DNA of 64,000 bases from Octopus sinensis (Eukaryota): the NCBI RefSeq assembly GCF_006345805.1, contig NC_042997.1:87296001-87360000 (forward strand), given 5' to 3'. The position numbers and the translations under genes are program-made. Below, in pieces: positions 28,598 to 42,000 of the stretch. The notes below the pieces were generated by a model. The model ran no database searches and was not told the origin of the DNA. It was given only the letters and a program-made list of their open reading frames with translations. The first letter of the stretch is position 1, and each line of letters begins with the position of its first letter.

Positions 28598-31500
28598 GTG
28601 TGTGTGTGTGTGTGTGTGTGTGAGTGAGAGAGAGAGAGAGAGAGAGTTGTAATTATACTATCTAAAATATATGAACACTTTAATGATCACTTTCATTTGA
28701 ATGATTATTTTCTTATGCTGGTATAGATTGGAGGAGACTGAAATAAATCATGCTACCACATCTTGCATGAGCTGCTGACCTACTGAGATCTAGTATTTTG
28801 ATATCTGTTTTCATCCTTCCTCCTATAACTTCACTATCTCACTCTGTCTGTCTGTCACTCTCACTTTTTTACACTATGGATACCTTCCACGTGTACCTTT
28901 CTTTTATTTTTTATTTGTTTCAGTCATTGGACTGCCTTGAATGATTTAGTCAAACTAAAGAAATATTTCTTACAAAAAGATGAATGTGGGGATTTGTTTT
29001 TTAGACCCAACTCAATTTTGATTGCACATGTAACATTAGGAAGGGCATCCAACTGTTGAAACCATGGCACAACAGACAACTGGAGTCTGGACAGCTCCCT
29101 GCTAGCCAGTTCCATGTCAAACATCCAACCCATGCCAGCATGGAAAGCGGACATTAAATGATGATGATGATATACGTAGATTGATATCAAAGTATTTTTC
29201 CCATGTCTTAAACTCACACAATACATTTCCAATGTAGTTCTCTTTCTGTTTTCATCTTCAGTAGTTTGTTTAATTAACTTATCCACTCAAATTCCACATA
29301 TCTGCCTTTCACAAAGAGTGTTCTTCTCAAGAGTCTTGCCCAAATACCTTTTCCTTCTTCTAGATATTTACTATTTCAATGCTTGCTTCACTCTTCTCTT
29401 TTACTAAATTTTCAAATGGGAGCACTTTACATGTTTGTTGTAGAAAAATAGAACCCAAAACTAAACAAAAACACAATTACTTAAAAAAACTCAATCATGT
29501 AGATTTTGCTTTGGAAATTTTTTTAATTGTTTTAAAATAATTAACAAAAGAGAAAATGAATAATCTTACCTGACCATTTGGATGTAGATATTTATCAGAT
29601 AACAGTAAAAGAAGTTGCTTCTTGGAGAAATCAGGGTCAAGGAAACTGTATGGAATCATATGAAATGCCAAATCCCAAGCAGCATACTGGAACAGCAGGT
29701 AAAAAATATAAGAGATAAGGAACTTATGATTGACATATTGCTAAAAGAAAACATTGAAAAATAAGAATCCACAAGAGTTATTGTATATGAAATATAGATA
29801 TATTGATTAATAACTGAGGTTTGATGATAAGCTATTGAAAATTCTATCAAGTTGCATGGAATGTGGAAAGATTTGAACTTAACATTATAAGCTAACAAAA
29901 CATTTGTCAATTATGCAGTACCTTAGTTTCTTACTTGTGGGTAGTAGATGCTATGATGCCTATTCATAACAAGGAAGACTAATTTTACTGAGTTAAATTT
30001 CACTAACAAATACAATGTATGAAGGTCAGCTGAAAAGTTCATAGGTTGACCAAGTTATTCTCATGGAATGTGACCAAATGGGGTTTATTTTTCAACTTAG
30101 TCTCTTTTGCAGCCCACACACTTCTTCCATTGGTGTTGCAGTGCTTGGATCCTGTTGGTGAAGAAGCTTTCATCCTGTTGCTCAAGAAAGTCAACAGCAG
30201 ATATAACATCATCATCACTGAGACACTGGTTCTCAGCCAAGTAGTTTTTCATGTTGGGGAACAGATAGTAGTCACACAAGGCTAAATAAGGATAATAGGG
30301 GCAGTGATGAGCCAGTTCAATGCCACGGTCATGCACAGCAGCCATTGAAACACAAGACTTGTGTACTGGAGCATTGTCATGATAAGCCATGGCTGTTGTT
30401 GTGGACTGCTGCTTGTGTCTGTTTGCCGTCTGTGTACTGTGTCATCTCATGCTCTCTCTGCTATATCCCAAAGCTGTCTGTTTGGTAGTCACAATGTGTC
30501 AATTTTATACTGATTAGGGGAGGGGGGGCTCAAAAAGATGAGTGCTAAAAGTAGAAATTATCGCTGGAGACTATTTTACATGAAGTGGTGATCGATCAGA
30601 TTTTGTTGATCACATGGGTAATATTCTTTCCATGCGAAGTTGTGATTGGTCAGTTTTCGTTGATCATGAGGGTAATGTTCAAGTGAATCACAACATGGGT
30701 GATTGCTGCATATTCCTGCTGCACATCCATTGCATTTTAAATTCAATTAGCTGTAACTCTAAAATATCATTTAGACACAAATTAGCTCCCAATTTATAAT
30801 CAATTTTAATGAACATTTTGAATGGAAAGGAAATAATTATTAGACAAACCCAAGGGAACTCCCATTTGTCAGGCATAGAAATAATATCACAGTTTTGGAG
30901 GTGAGATATCCAGTGCTGATTTCTCGAAGCATCAGTCCAGTTATTACAACCACTTGCACAAAACAGACTTTCTGGGGACATTCTTTCTAAAATACAAATA
31001 GAACATCACAATGAAAATCAATCAATAAAGTTAATATATCAAGCCAAAGAAAGCATTTTATAGTTTTAAATTATTAACAAAAATATGTTCAAGAAACAGA
31101 CAAACAATTCAAAACTATTTGTATTATTCATTCATACATATACATATATTCAAAAACACACACAACACATCCACCTCTACTACCCCTAAACATCCAGCCA
31201 TTTCTCACTCTTCATATTGTATATAAGACAATCCACCCAATTCTTACTTCTTTGAACTGTGTCTTGGGAACACTGTCTCTATTTATGTTTTCCTTTCAAT
31301 CACTGATCATCATGTCCCAAGTGAATATTAACCATATTAATTTTACTCAAGTAACACTGTCTTACTATCTTTTAGTCAAGGATCCATGGAAGTTGCAAGT
31401 ATTATCCTTCATCCTCAAACTATATCATAGGTTTCAAATTTTGGCACAAGGCCAGCAATTTTGGGAAGTAGACAAGTCAACTATATTGATCCCAGTGTTC

Positions 31501-34500
31501 AACTGTTACTTATTTTATTCCTCCTGAAAAGATGTAAGGTAAAGTTGACCTCAGCAGAATTTGAACTCAAGACATAATGATGGATGAAATGCTACTAAGC
31601 ATTTTACCTGGATTGCTAACAATTCTGTCAGCTTGCCACCTTATCAAACAATATTATAAATTATGAAACATATACACAGATGAATACATTAGTGTGTGTG
31701 TGTGTGAGAGAGTGAATTTGATTTTTAGTGACAACCCTAGATATGTTTCAATCTAACTAAACCTCATCAGCAAAACATAGTCTAGCCACGACCACTTTAT
31801 CGTAAAATGATTAGAGAGATTATAGAATTTTTGAGAATGAACTGAATGGTGTTATACATTTAAATGCACTCACAAGGCTTTGGTCGGCCTGAGGCTATAA
31901 TAGAAGATACTTGCCCAAGGTACCATGCAGTGGGACTGAACCTGGACCCATGTGGTTGGGAAGCAAGCTTCTAACCACACAGCCATGTTATTTTTTACTT
32001 ATTTCAGTCATTAGACTGCAGCCATGCTGGGGCACCACCTTGAATCTTTAGTCAAATTAATTGACCCCAGTACTTATTTTTTTTTAAGACTGGTACTTAT
32101 TCTATCAATCTCTTAACCACACCAAGAGTGTAGTGGGGGCATTTTATGTGCTACCGGCACGAGGGCCAGTCAGGCGGTTCTGGCAATGACCACACTCACA
32201 GTCAAAAGGTGTTTTACATGCTACCTGCGCAGGAGCCAGTCTGGCGGCACTGGCAACAACCATGCTTGAATGTTGTTTTCACGTGCCAACAACACATGTG
32301 CTGGTTAGGCAACGCTGGCTATGATCATGCTTGAATGGTGCCTTTCACATGTCACCAAACAGGAGTCATTGCCTCAGTAAGGCCCAATGTTCAAAGGTCG
32401 TGCTTCACCACCTCATCCCAGGTCTTCCTGGGTCTACCTCTTCCACAGGTTCCCTCAACTGCTAGGGTGGTACACTTTTCCTCTAGTTCTGATAGTGACT
32501 CAGCAATTAGAGCATGGTCATCAGCATAGAGGAGCTCCAAGGGGCATCCTGTCTTGAATTCCTCTGTTATTGCCTGGAGCACTATAAGAGGAGGCTGAGG
32601 ACTGATCCTTGGTGGACCCCTACCTCAACTCAGAATTCTTCAGTGTACTCATTGCTAACCCTCACCTTACTGACAGTATCCCTGTACATGGCTTGCACAG
32701 CTCTCACTAACCATTCAGCTATCCCTAGTTTCCTCATTGACCACCAGATAAGGGATTAGGGGACCCTGTCAAAGGCTTTCTCCATGTCAATGAAAGCCAG
32801 GTATAGAGGTTTATCTTTGGCTAGGTATTTCTCCTGCAGCTGTCTTACCAGCAATAATGCATCAGTGGTGCTTTTCCTTTGTACGAACCCAAACTGCATC
32901 TCATCTAAACTGACTCTCTCCCTAATTAGTTGGGCTATGACCCTCTCTGTGACCTTCATTATCTAATCCAACAACTTGATATCTCTGTAATTATTTGTAT
33001 CTGGAGCATTAAAAATACATACACACACACACACATACATTACATACATACACACACACACACACAAATACACACATATATACACATACACACAATGAGT
33101 TTCTTTCAGTTTCCGTCTACCAAATCCACTCACATGGCTTTGGTTGGCCCAAGGCAGTAGTAGAAGATACTTCCCCAGGGTACTATGCAGTGGGACTGAA
33201 CCCATAACCATGTGGTTGGGAAGGAAGCTTCTTACCACACAGCCACCCTGTTTTCAATTATCAATGAGTCCTGAGGTTTCATTTTCCAAAGAATAAAAAT
33301 CCTTACAAGCAGATATATCAGAGACATTTTTTTTTACCTGAACGTATAATAGTTGATTCTATCCATTTACGAACATCATAACAATAAAACTGTTTGGACC
33401 AGAGGAGACCAGAGTATGCTTGACAGGCAATATTTCTTTCTTCTTCAGTCCAAGAGGGACTTAATATCTAACAAAAGATAAATACAGTTCCTTTAAAATT
33501 TTAAAATTAATTTTGTAGACACAACATGAATAAATCATATTATATGATTTCAATAAAAATACAAAAAAACATAAAATTCTTCTTCTTCAAGTAGCCACAG
33601 CTGAGATGTGTTTTACCACAGCAAGACTACGTTTCTCATTAGTTTTGATAGGTTCTCAATTTTATGGTGAGTGTCTCTCTCTGCCAATAACATCTATGTC
33701 ACAGCTCAGCACAATAGCAGTGGTTAGCAAAACTTATTTCCTTGAGCAACATTAGTAGAGATGAGTGGAATATCTCCATAAAACTTCTCTTTCATCTTGT
33801 ACTCATGCCATGACATGTTTTAAACCTTCATGAGAAACCTGGTGTAAGCCTAAGTGAAAGTGCAAGGTTTAGTGGTTAGGGGATTCAGGTCATGATCATA
33901 GGGTCATAAGTTTGACTCCTGGTGGTGCGTTGTGTCCTTAAGCAAGACACTTTATTTTATGTTGCTCCTGTCCACTCAGCTGGCAAAAATGAGTAGTACC
34001 TGTATTTCAAAGGACCAGCCTTGTCACACTCTGTGCCACAGTGAATCTTCCTTAGAACTACATTAAGAGTATACGTGTCCGTGGAGAGCTCAGCCACTTG
34101 CACATTAATTTCAGGAGCAGGCTGTTCTGTTGATCGGATTAACTGAAACCCTTGTTGTTGTAACCGACAGAGTGCTAGTTATACAATCTAAGTGATCTTG
34201 AAGATTCTCCTTCATAATCCTGGTTTTGACTCCATAAAGAGGAATGCTCTCAATATAAAATAAAGTAGCATAGTTCTTTAATATGGCTACCAGATATATA
34301 GTGATATGAAGGATATCCAACAATGAATGACTACATCAAATTTAGATACTATTGTATTCAAAATGTTTACTTCATTTCACAAATGTTAATGCAGTATTCA
34401 TATTGTTGTGTTCATAATATTACCAAAGTATTTGACAGTACAGCTAGTAAAGTGACATAGTATAATTCTTGGATCTTAACAACTATAATTGACATCTAAT

Positions 34501-37500
34501 TTGATCTGAGTACACAAAAAAATCATATCATAGTATGGATGCTGGAAAAGTGAAGCTATGTCCTGAGGGTTGTTTAGCTTCTATCAAGAAGCAAAGAGTA
34601 AAGCTTTTAGTTTTTGGCTGTTCAGGAACATCTCTATGCAATATTAATAGCATTCTTTGAGGCACTGTGCCAAGTATTGAACAATTCTTTATTGTCCACT
34701 TGAACAGGCAAACATGCCTTCCTAATATTACAGTTATCTTAATTCACCCTCAACAGCCTAACATATCTTGGACACTGTGAAACTAAACCCAAGACAGAGT
34801 GATATCATGAACTGTGTCCTTGATAGTATTATTTCACTTTACTGGAAGAACAATTGTAGTACATTTTCTCTCAAAAAATAAACAATCAAAAGCTGTAAGC
34901 ACAGTTTAAAAGTTTTTTTTGATATTTTTTTCTTAAATTAGAAACCAGTCATTGGAAGTTATCAAGTGTCTTAAGGAACAACAAGATTGAAAAACCAAGT
35001 CTTCTTTTTCATTTGTATATTTTCCTTATCAGTAAAAATATTATTTTAAGAATGACTGAAGAAATATTAGTAATAACAAAATATATTTGTGATGATAGTT
35101 TGGGTACATTTCATGAGAAGTTTATGGAAGTTTGAAAAGTTGACAGTACCATAGTATAAAAGTTTTTAGCATTTTTCTCTCTTTTCCTTAAAATCTCTTC
35201 AAATACCCATTTAAAGTTGCTGCATTCAGCAACAGCACTTTCTGAATACAAACACCATTGAACAATTTGACTTTCTCCTGGGTCTACAGTTAAGCGATAA
35301 AGAGCACCACATTTGGTTCCTTGCATTTCTGGATTGACAGAAGTTAATTCATCTGAAAAAAAAATACAGATAGGGAATAATACTTATTTCATTTAATTGT
35401 TTGTTGTTGTAAGGCATGAAACCTTTTAGCAAAACAAATACTGTTAAGTAACTTTCCCAAATACAAAAATGTCTGCAGCATGATAAAGAAATGTGAGTTT
35501 CAAAGCAAAGAGGGGAGTATCCTCTTTTCAGCAATTGTGCTGTTCCAACACAAAAATGACTCCAATATGCATTTCCCATCTAAATATTTCACAGAAAAAA
35601 TTAACTATAACAAACCCCTGGTTATTACAAACATTACAAGTATTAAACTAATTTTAATTATTTTTATTCTAACTAAGCAATCCAAGTCTTTTAAAATTTG
35701 AATACTTTGTATGATTTGATTTTGATTTTGATTTTTCCAGTTTCAGCTAATGATATTTAAGAGGTCAGTTGAGCTGCAGTAGATATAGTGTCCACTTTTT
35801 CAGTCAATAAAATTCAAATTAGGCTTTAAAAAAACTTCAAATTAGTCAGCTGTAAAGGAAGGATATCAAATGTAAATGAGAATATCAGAATTGCAGAAGC
35901 AAAATAATCTGATAGCTAATGTGTTGGTTAAACAGCTTGTAGGCTCTGAGTTCATATTCATGTGAAGCATAACATTATGTCTTTGGACAGGGCAAGTCTA
36001 CTGCCACAACTTACTTAATCCAGAAATAGGTGCCAGATTTAGAAATATTTCTTGAGCTAGAGTTGACTTTCAGCCAAGAAGAATTATATCTTTGGATCAT
36101 CTGATTCCAAAGAATTTGAGAACTAAGATGTGGAAGATCTCTACAGTACCAACTGTCCTTCAGAAAATGTTACTATTAAGTGTAAAAGAAAATAATTGAA
36201 ATATTAGATTATTGCTTTAAAAATACCTCAGTACAACAATTTAATGGCATTTTACTATGCCTCAAGGTAAGTACTTTATCATATTTGCCTTAGGCAACAT
36301 TAGATATCATTACTATTATTTCAAAGTTGAATGGCTTGTGTTAGAATTGACTTTCAGCTGTTGAATCTTCATTTCAAAATTATGTATAAATTTGGATTTA
36401 TAGAGCAATTTCAATGGTGTTGATAAAAGAAAGAGATGAAAGAACATATTTTTTATAGCATAGTCATGACAGTGAAAAAGGGCAGCATCAAAAGAAAAGC
36501 AACATCCAAAACCTTTTTCCAGTTTTCAGGGCATGTGGTGGTAGCAGTAGTGTTGGTGTAGGGTGGTTGGCACTTGTAAGGGTTGGAAAGGGAGTGGACA
36601 TAATGTGATGTTTAATATAATTAAAATGGTTTTTAAACTTGTTCAGTACTATGGAAAAGAAAGAAGAGTAATATGGCAAAGAATATGGAAGCAAGCTCCA
36701 TTTTGTCAACTCACTAATAAATAGTTGGGTAGAGCACAAAATTCTCATGAATTTTATTTTGGTGGGGAGATACTTAGTGTTTGTCAGTTTGAGAAAAATG
36801 AGATAGGAGGGGGAGGGAGAAATAAACAAAAGCTCATCGACTGTTGCAGTAGGAAGCAGAACATCAATATATCAAGTTATTCTCAGATCAAAGCTCTTAC
36901 TTGAATGCTTGCAACTTTGCCAAAAGGTACTCAAGGTTCAGGTGGTAGTGATAATCTGAAAAATGCATCAGCTCATAGCCCTTTAGCATTCAGTTAACTT
37001 TCTCAAATGTAATGCTTTGTTTTTAATTCACTGCATTGTCTCATAGCTTCAAGATTTTGATGATGCAATTGCTTATTTTTAGAATGACATTGTAGGGTAG
37101 AGTGAGAGGTTGGATTTGGTTGGTTTGAACATAAAATAGCTAGAATATTTGAACTGGATGTGGCTGATTTAAATGCTGAAGGGTTAATTATCAATTGATT
37201 AATCAAATACCAAGTATATTGATATAAAGTGAAGAATTTATAATTTTCACACTTAAATGCTTACTAGAAATAATATATCGATGGAAAGCGTCTTTGGTGT
37301 AATTAGATGTTTGGCTGTCGTTTTCAGTAAAAAGCATGGTTGGAAAACTACCATCAGGACCACAATCAAATTTGGCAACAAAACATCCTAGAAAGAAAAA
37401 TATGATTGATAATATAGTAACACACACACATATATATACAGTGGTGGGCACAGCTAACCAAAAAGTTAGCTTTGCTAACCGCTAATCTGTTAACTAAAAA

Positions 37501-38985
37501 AGTTAGCTTCACAAATGCTAAACCACTAAACAGGTAAAAAAATTAGTGAAAACTAATGTAACTGATAACTGCAAATTTTTATCATATGAATTTAGCTTTG
37601 GTTTAGTTTTTTGGCTCTAAAATCCTTAAAAACAGACCTAGAGAGAGCTGACAATTTTATGTTGTAGCTTAGACAGAGCTTTCCAGAAAGGTATAGCATG
37701 CCAAGATCAGATGATGATCAAGGTGTACACAAATAATTAAATGAACGAGTGAAATTAAACATTAGTTTTTCAGTCAACATACACTTTATTTACTGTACAA
37801 AAAGTATTAAATTAATTAAAAAAGCATAGCATACAAATCATGCCAAGATCAGATGATGATCAAAGTGTACTACTCTGACTGGGCCTTCTTCATTGCCTCA
37901 ACATGATGCTGGTTGCCCTTCATAAACATCAGCCTCTCAGAATTACCATATGACAGGGTGGCTTTCTAGGCCTTCAAAATATCTTTGCCTATAGAGAATA
38001 GGCATTCACTGCAGTACTGGATCAGATGGTGGTATTATATTTGGTGAACAGGTCAATCAAGACCTGCTCATCCAAAAAGGCGACTTCAGTCAGGACCCCC
38101 TTTGAAACAGCTTCTAGCCAGGTCTTCACCAAGTTCTGCACCTTGGATTTCAGTGACATGTGGATCCTGCTCTCCCAGGACCGAGTGATGTTGCTGAAGA
38201 AATCATCTTCCTCATCCTCATTGCTTGTGGTGCTGCTGTCCACTTCACTGGTCTCCATTAGGGCTATCTCTGTGACAGTCTCCATTGTGTTCCTTACTCT
38301 GCTAACCTGGCTATTATTATACTGCTCCAGTCAGAACAGGCGAAACTTGGGGTGAAAGGTAGTAGCCAGCTGGCATTCTAGGTCTCCTTTTAATGATGCC
38401 TGCCAGTATCGCATCTACCAGAGAACTGCAGTACAGATGTTTGAACTTGGCCTCCTTCAACTTCATGACAGTAGCTGCTACAGTTGACAGAAAGCTCCCG
38501 AGATAGGCCTAGTCCTCCCATTGGATTTTATCCAAGACCTTGGCAACATTAGATATCACTTGGGTGTACTCCATCAGGAAGCCGACATCAAAAGTAGTGA
38601 AGATCTGCAGCCTTCTGATAATGTACACTACTGTTGCTGACACTGTAAGACTATCTGTAATATGACGAAGTCGAAAGTGAACACAACTCAAAACTGCAGA
38701 ATTACACAATGATGCTCAGCTAGCTGCTGTTGTGTCAATCAATCATGTCTTGTCATGTGTACACATAGTCAGCCAATAGCGTGCCTGACAGACTCTTCGA
38801 AATATGCCCACAACAGACAAGAACAAACATATGAATGTTGTTAATGGACTTAAAGTTAGTGGAATTAAATTCAGCAGAAACTAATTGGTCAGCTAATGGT
38901 TTCCAAAGTTAGTGAAAACACTAATCTGTTAAATGGAAAGTTAGCTTTGCTAATTAGCTGTTAGCAGAACTGTGCCCACTACTGC

Positions 38986-39017
<32 letters not shown>

Positions 39018-42000
39018 GTAAAACTATTCTTTGTCACATACATTTTTCACATTTATCATATTCTTACAAATAAACATTATTTAGAATTGAGAGTGTACAG
39101 AGCATAGTTATGACTTTATTAAATTTACAACAGAGTGAATAATGCTTATATAAGGTTATTTACAATACAGTACAAAATGCTTTATGATAATTAATTTCAT
39201 ACCTTTAAAGTCTTGGTTAAAATCATAGGATTGATAAAATTAGTAACAGAAAATATACTAACATCAATTTGATTGACAATATCCAGTTCTCTATAAAATC
39301 AGTCTTGTGTATTACTGAAAGAAATCAGTCATTACCATCATCCTCATCATCATTTAATGTCTGTTTTTCATGCTGGCATGCATTGGATGGTTCAATAAAA
39401 GCCAGCAGGCCAGAGGATTGCACTAAACCTCAAATGTCTGCTTTGGCATGGTTTCTTTGGCTTGATGCCTTTCCGAATGCCAACTACTTTACAGAGTGTC
39501 CACTCTGGCTGCTCTTTACATGACACTAGCATTAGTGAGGTCACCAAGTAATTCACAAGACAAGATCCCCTCAAATGAAGTAGGTAAAATATTAAGGGAG
39601 GTGGTTTTATTGCCAGGTAATGAGAAGAAATTATATGGTCAATTCATACGACAAACCAAGGACATTGGAACTAAAGAACACTGGCTGTGGATAATGGACA
39701 AAAACCTGAAACCAGAAACCAAATTGCTAATTGTCAGCCACTCAGGAAGAAGCCATTAAGACAAATTTGATATAGGCAAAGATCAATAAAACTCAGAGAG
39801 CAAATCCAGAATCTGAGAGAAAGGAGACAAAAACATTAACCATCTCTTGACTGAATGCAGTAATTTATCACAAAAAGTATATAAGTTCAGGCATGACTGT
39901 ATAGGCAAAAGAGTGCTGAGTATGTGGATTAAAAGAAACAGAACATGAGTCAGTGGCTGTGATAGAGAATAAGAGTCACAGGATTTTATGGGATTTCCCC
40001 ATATATATACTGACCATACTATGGAAATATGAAACAAGAAGACTAAATATGATTATAAAGGACAAAGGAAACTGTAAAATCACAGACTTTTCAATATCAC
40101 ATGATGATAGAGTGAGATACCAAAGAAATTTATAAAAAAAAACAACAAAAAACCGAGAAATATCAGGACCTAGCCAGAGAGAGGAAGAGATTGTGGAAGA
40201 CAAAGACGACAATTATTCCTGTGGTAATTGGTGCACTTGCCACAACACTGAAACTGCTACTTAAGAAGCTAAAGGATATTGGAATTGAGACACAAGTGCA
40301 ATCCTTATTCTGCAAGAGTCCTAAGAAAGATTCTTGAGATTTGAGGAAACTTGTTGTCACCACACCTCAACAATCCCTCAACTGAAAGGTGGGAAGAGGT
40401 ATTGAGAGAGGTGGTTTTGTGCCAGGTGATGAGAGATTAGAATATGACAGAGAAACAAAGACAAGATCTGGTTTGAAAATGTTTCCATACAAATTTTCTT
40501 TCTAATGAAAACGAAAATGAAAATTGTACTAGTACCTTCGGAATAATGAACACAAATTTCGTTTTTATCATTATGCATTTTCATCGTTGGTTTTGAGAAT
40601 GTGTGACATTTATCACAGCTATAATGGCTCCACGTATCTCTGAAAATAGCAAGCAATTAAATGTAAATAATTAAGAAAAAAAATTAGCTAAAAAAATTTT
40701 ACATTTCATACACATAAAATTTTAGACTGATGTTACTTTTAAAGTGCATGAAAGTTGGTGAAAATCTTTTGAATACAGTTAAATGAGAATGTATGAGGTA
40801 GTATCAAAAGGTTGCTGGACTAGTTATGTTAAATAAAAAATAACTTATTTACCTAAGTTTTAACATCATCTCCTTCAGAATAGTTACCTTGTACAGCAAT
40901 ACACTGCTCCCAACATTCCTACCACTTTTAGAATCTGGCCTGGAAGTTGTTTTCTGTAAGCGAGTTGAGGACCTTCTGTGATTTGCGCTGGATCTCAACA
41001 ATTATGTTAAAATGGAGACCTCTGAGATGCATTTTCATCTTGGGGAAAAGATGGAAGTTTTTAGGTGCTAAATCTGGAAAATAGGGCAGGTGCAGAAGCA
41101 ATACTATGTTGTTTTTGGCAAGAAACTTGTGAGTGAGGAGAGCTTGATGAAGAATCCAATTCTTTGCACTCCACAGATCTAGTCACTTTTGCCAAATGTC
41201 CTCTCCCAAATGCTTCAAGACGTTGCAGTAGGACTCTCAATTAATGATCTGGCCCTGGGGGATAAATTCTCGATGCACAGTACCATATTTCCAGGGATGG
41301 TGCATGTGGCAGGTCTTCTAGATCACTCATCATCTTCCAGGGACATTCTTCCACTTTTGAAGTGCTTGTGCCACTTGAGACATTGTATATGCCCCATTGC
41401 CTTGTCAATGTAAGCTTGCTGAAGCATGCTCAATGTCTCTGTAGCAGACTTCCCAAGTTTAACACAAACTTTCACATTGGCTCTTTGTTCCTGTCCATGA
41501 CAAAATTGCAGACTACATACACGTGATCACAAAAATACAAATTTCACAACTTGTGATGTAAACACAATAACGTCACTCAGCACACAGCCTCATGTAGGTC
41601 ACTACTATCTCTCAATGCAAACACAACCATATGCTGACATCTGTTGGTGTGCTACAGAACTAGTCCAGGAAAGTTTTGATACCACCTCAGTTATGTTTAT
41701 AGAGATATACTGTTTATAAGGGGACAAAAGTAATGAATAAATTATGCATTATTATGTATTTCTATAGCAATGAAAAATAGTTAATTAATAAACTAACCTC
41801 AACCATATTTGAGGTAGAATATACAGTGTTGCACGCTCACTTCCTTGATTATGTACAGTATAACGACAAAGACAGGTTTTTTCCTCTTCTTTAGCGAATT
41901 CCATGTAAATATCCCAATACCCAGAAACAAATGCACCTTGAAAAAAAATATTAGTAAATTGTAATAATGACATTATGATTACACAGAATGTACAAGTTTC

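Noticed and set aside
36010-36280. Isolated strong splice-donor-like motifs in intron 6
   Set aside because: No matching acceptor or open frame with family similarity; exons 6 and 7 already join in phase.
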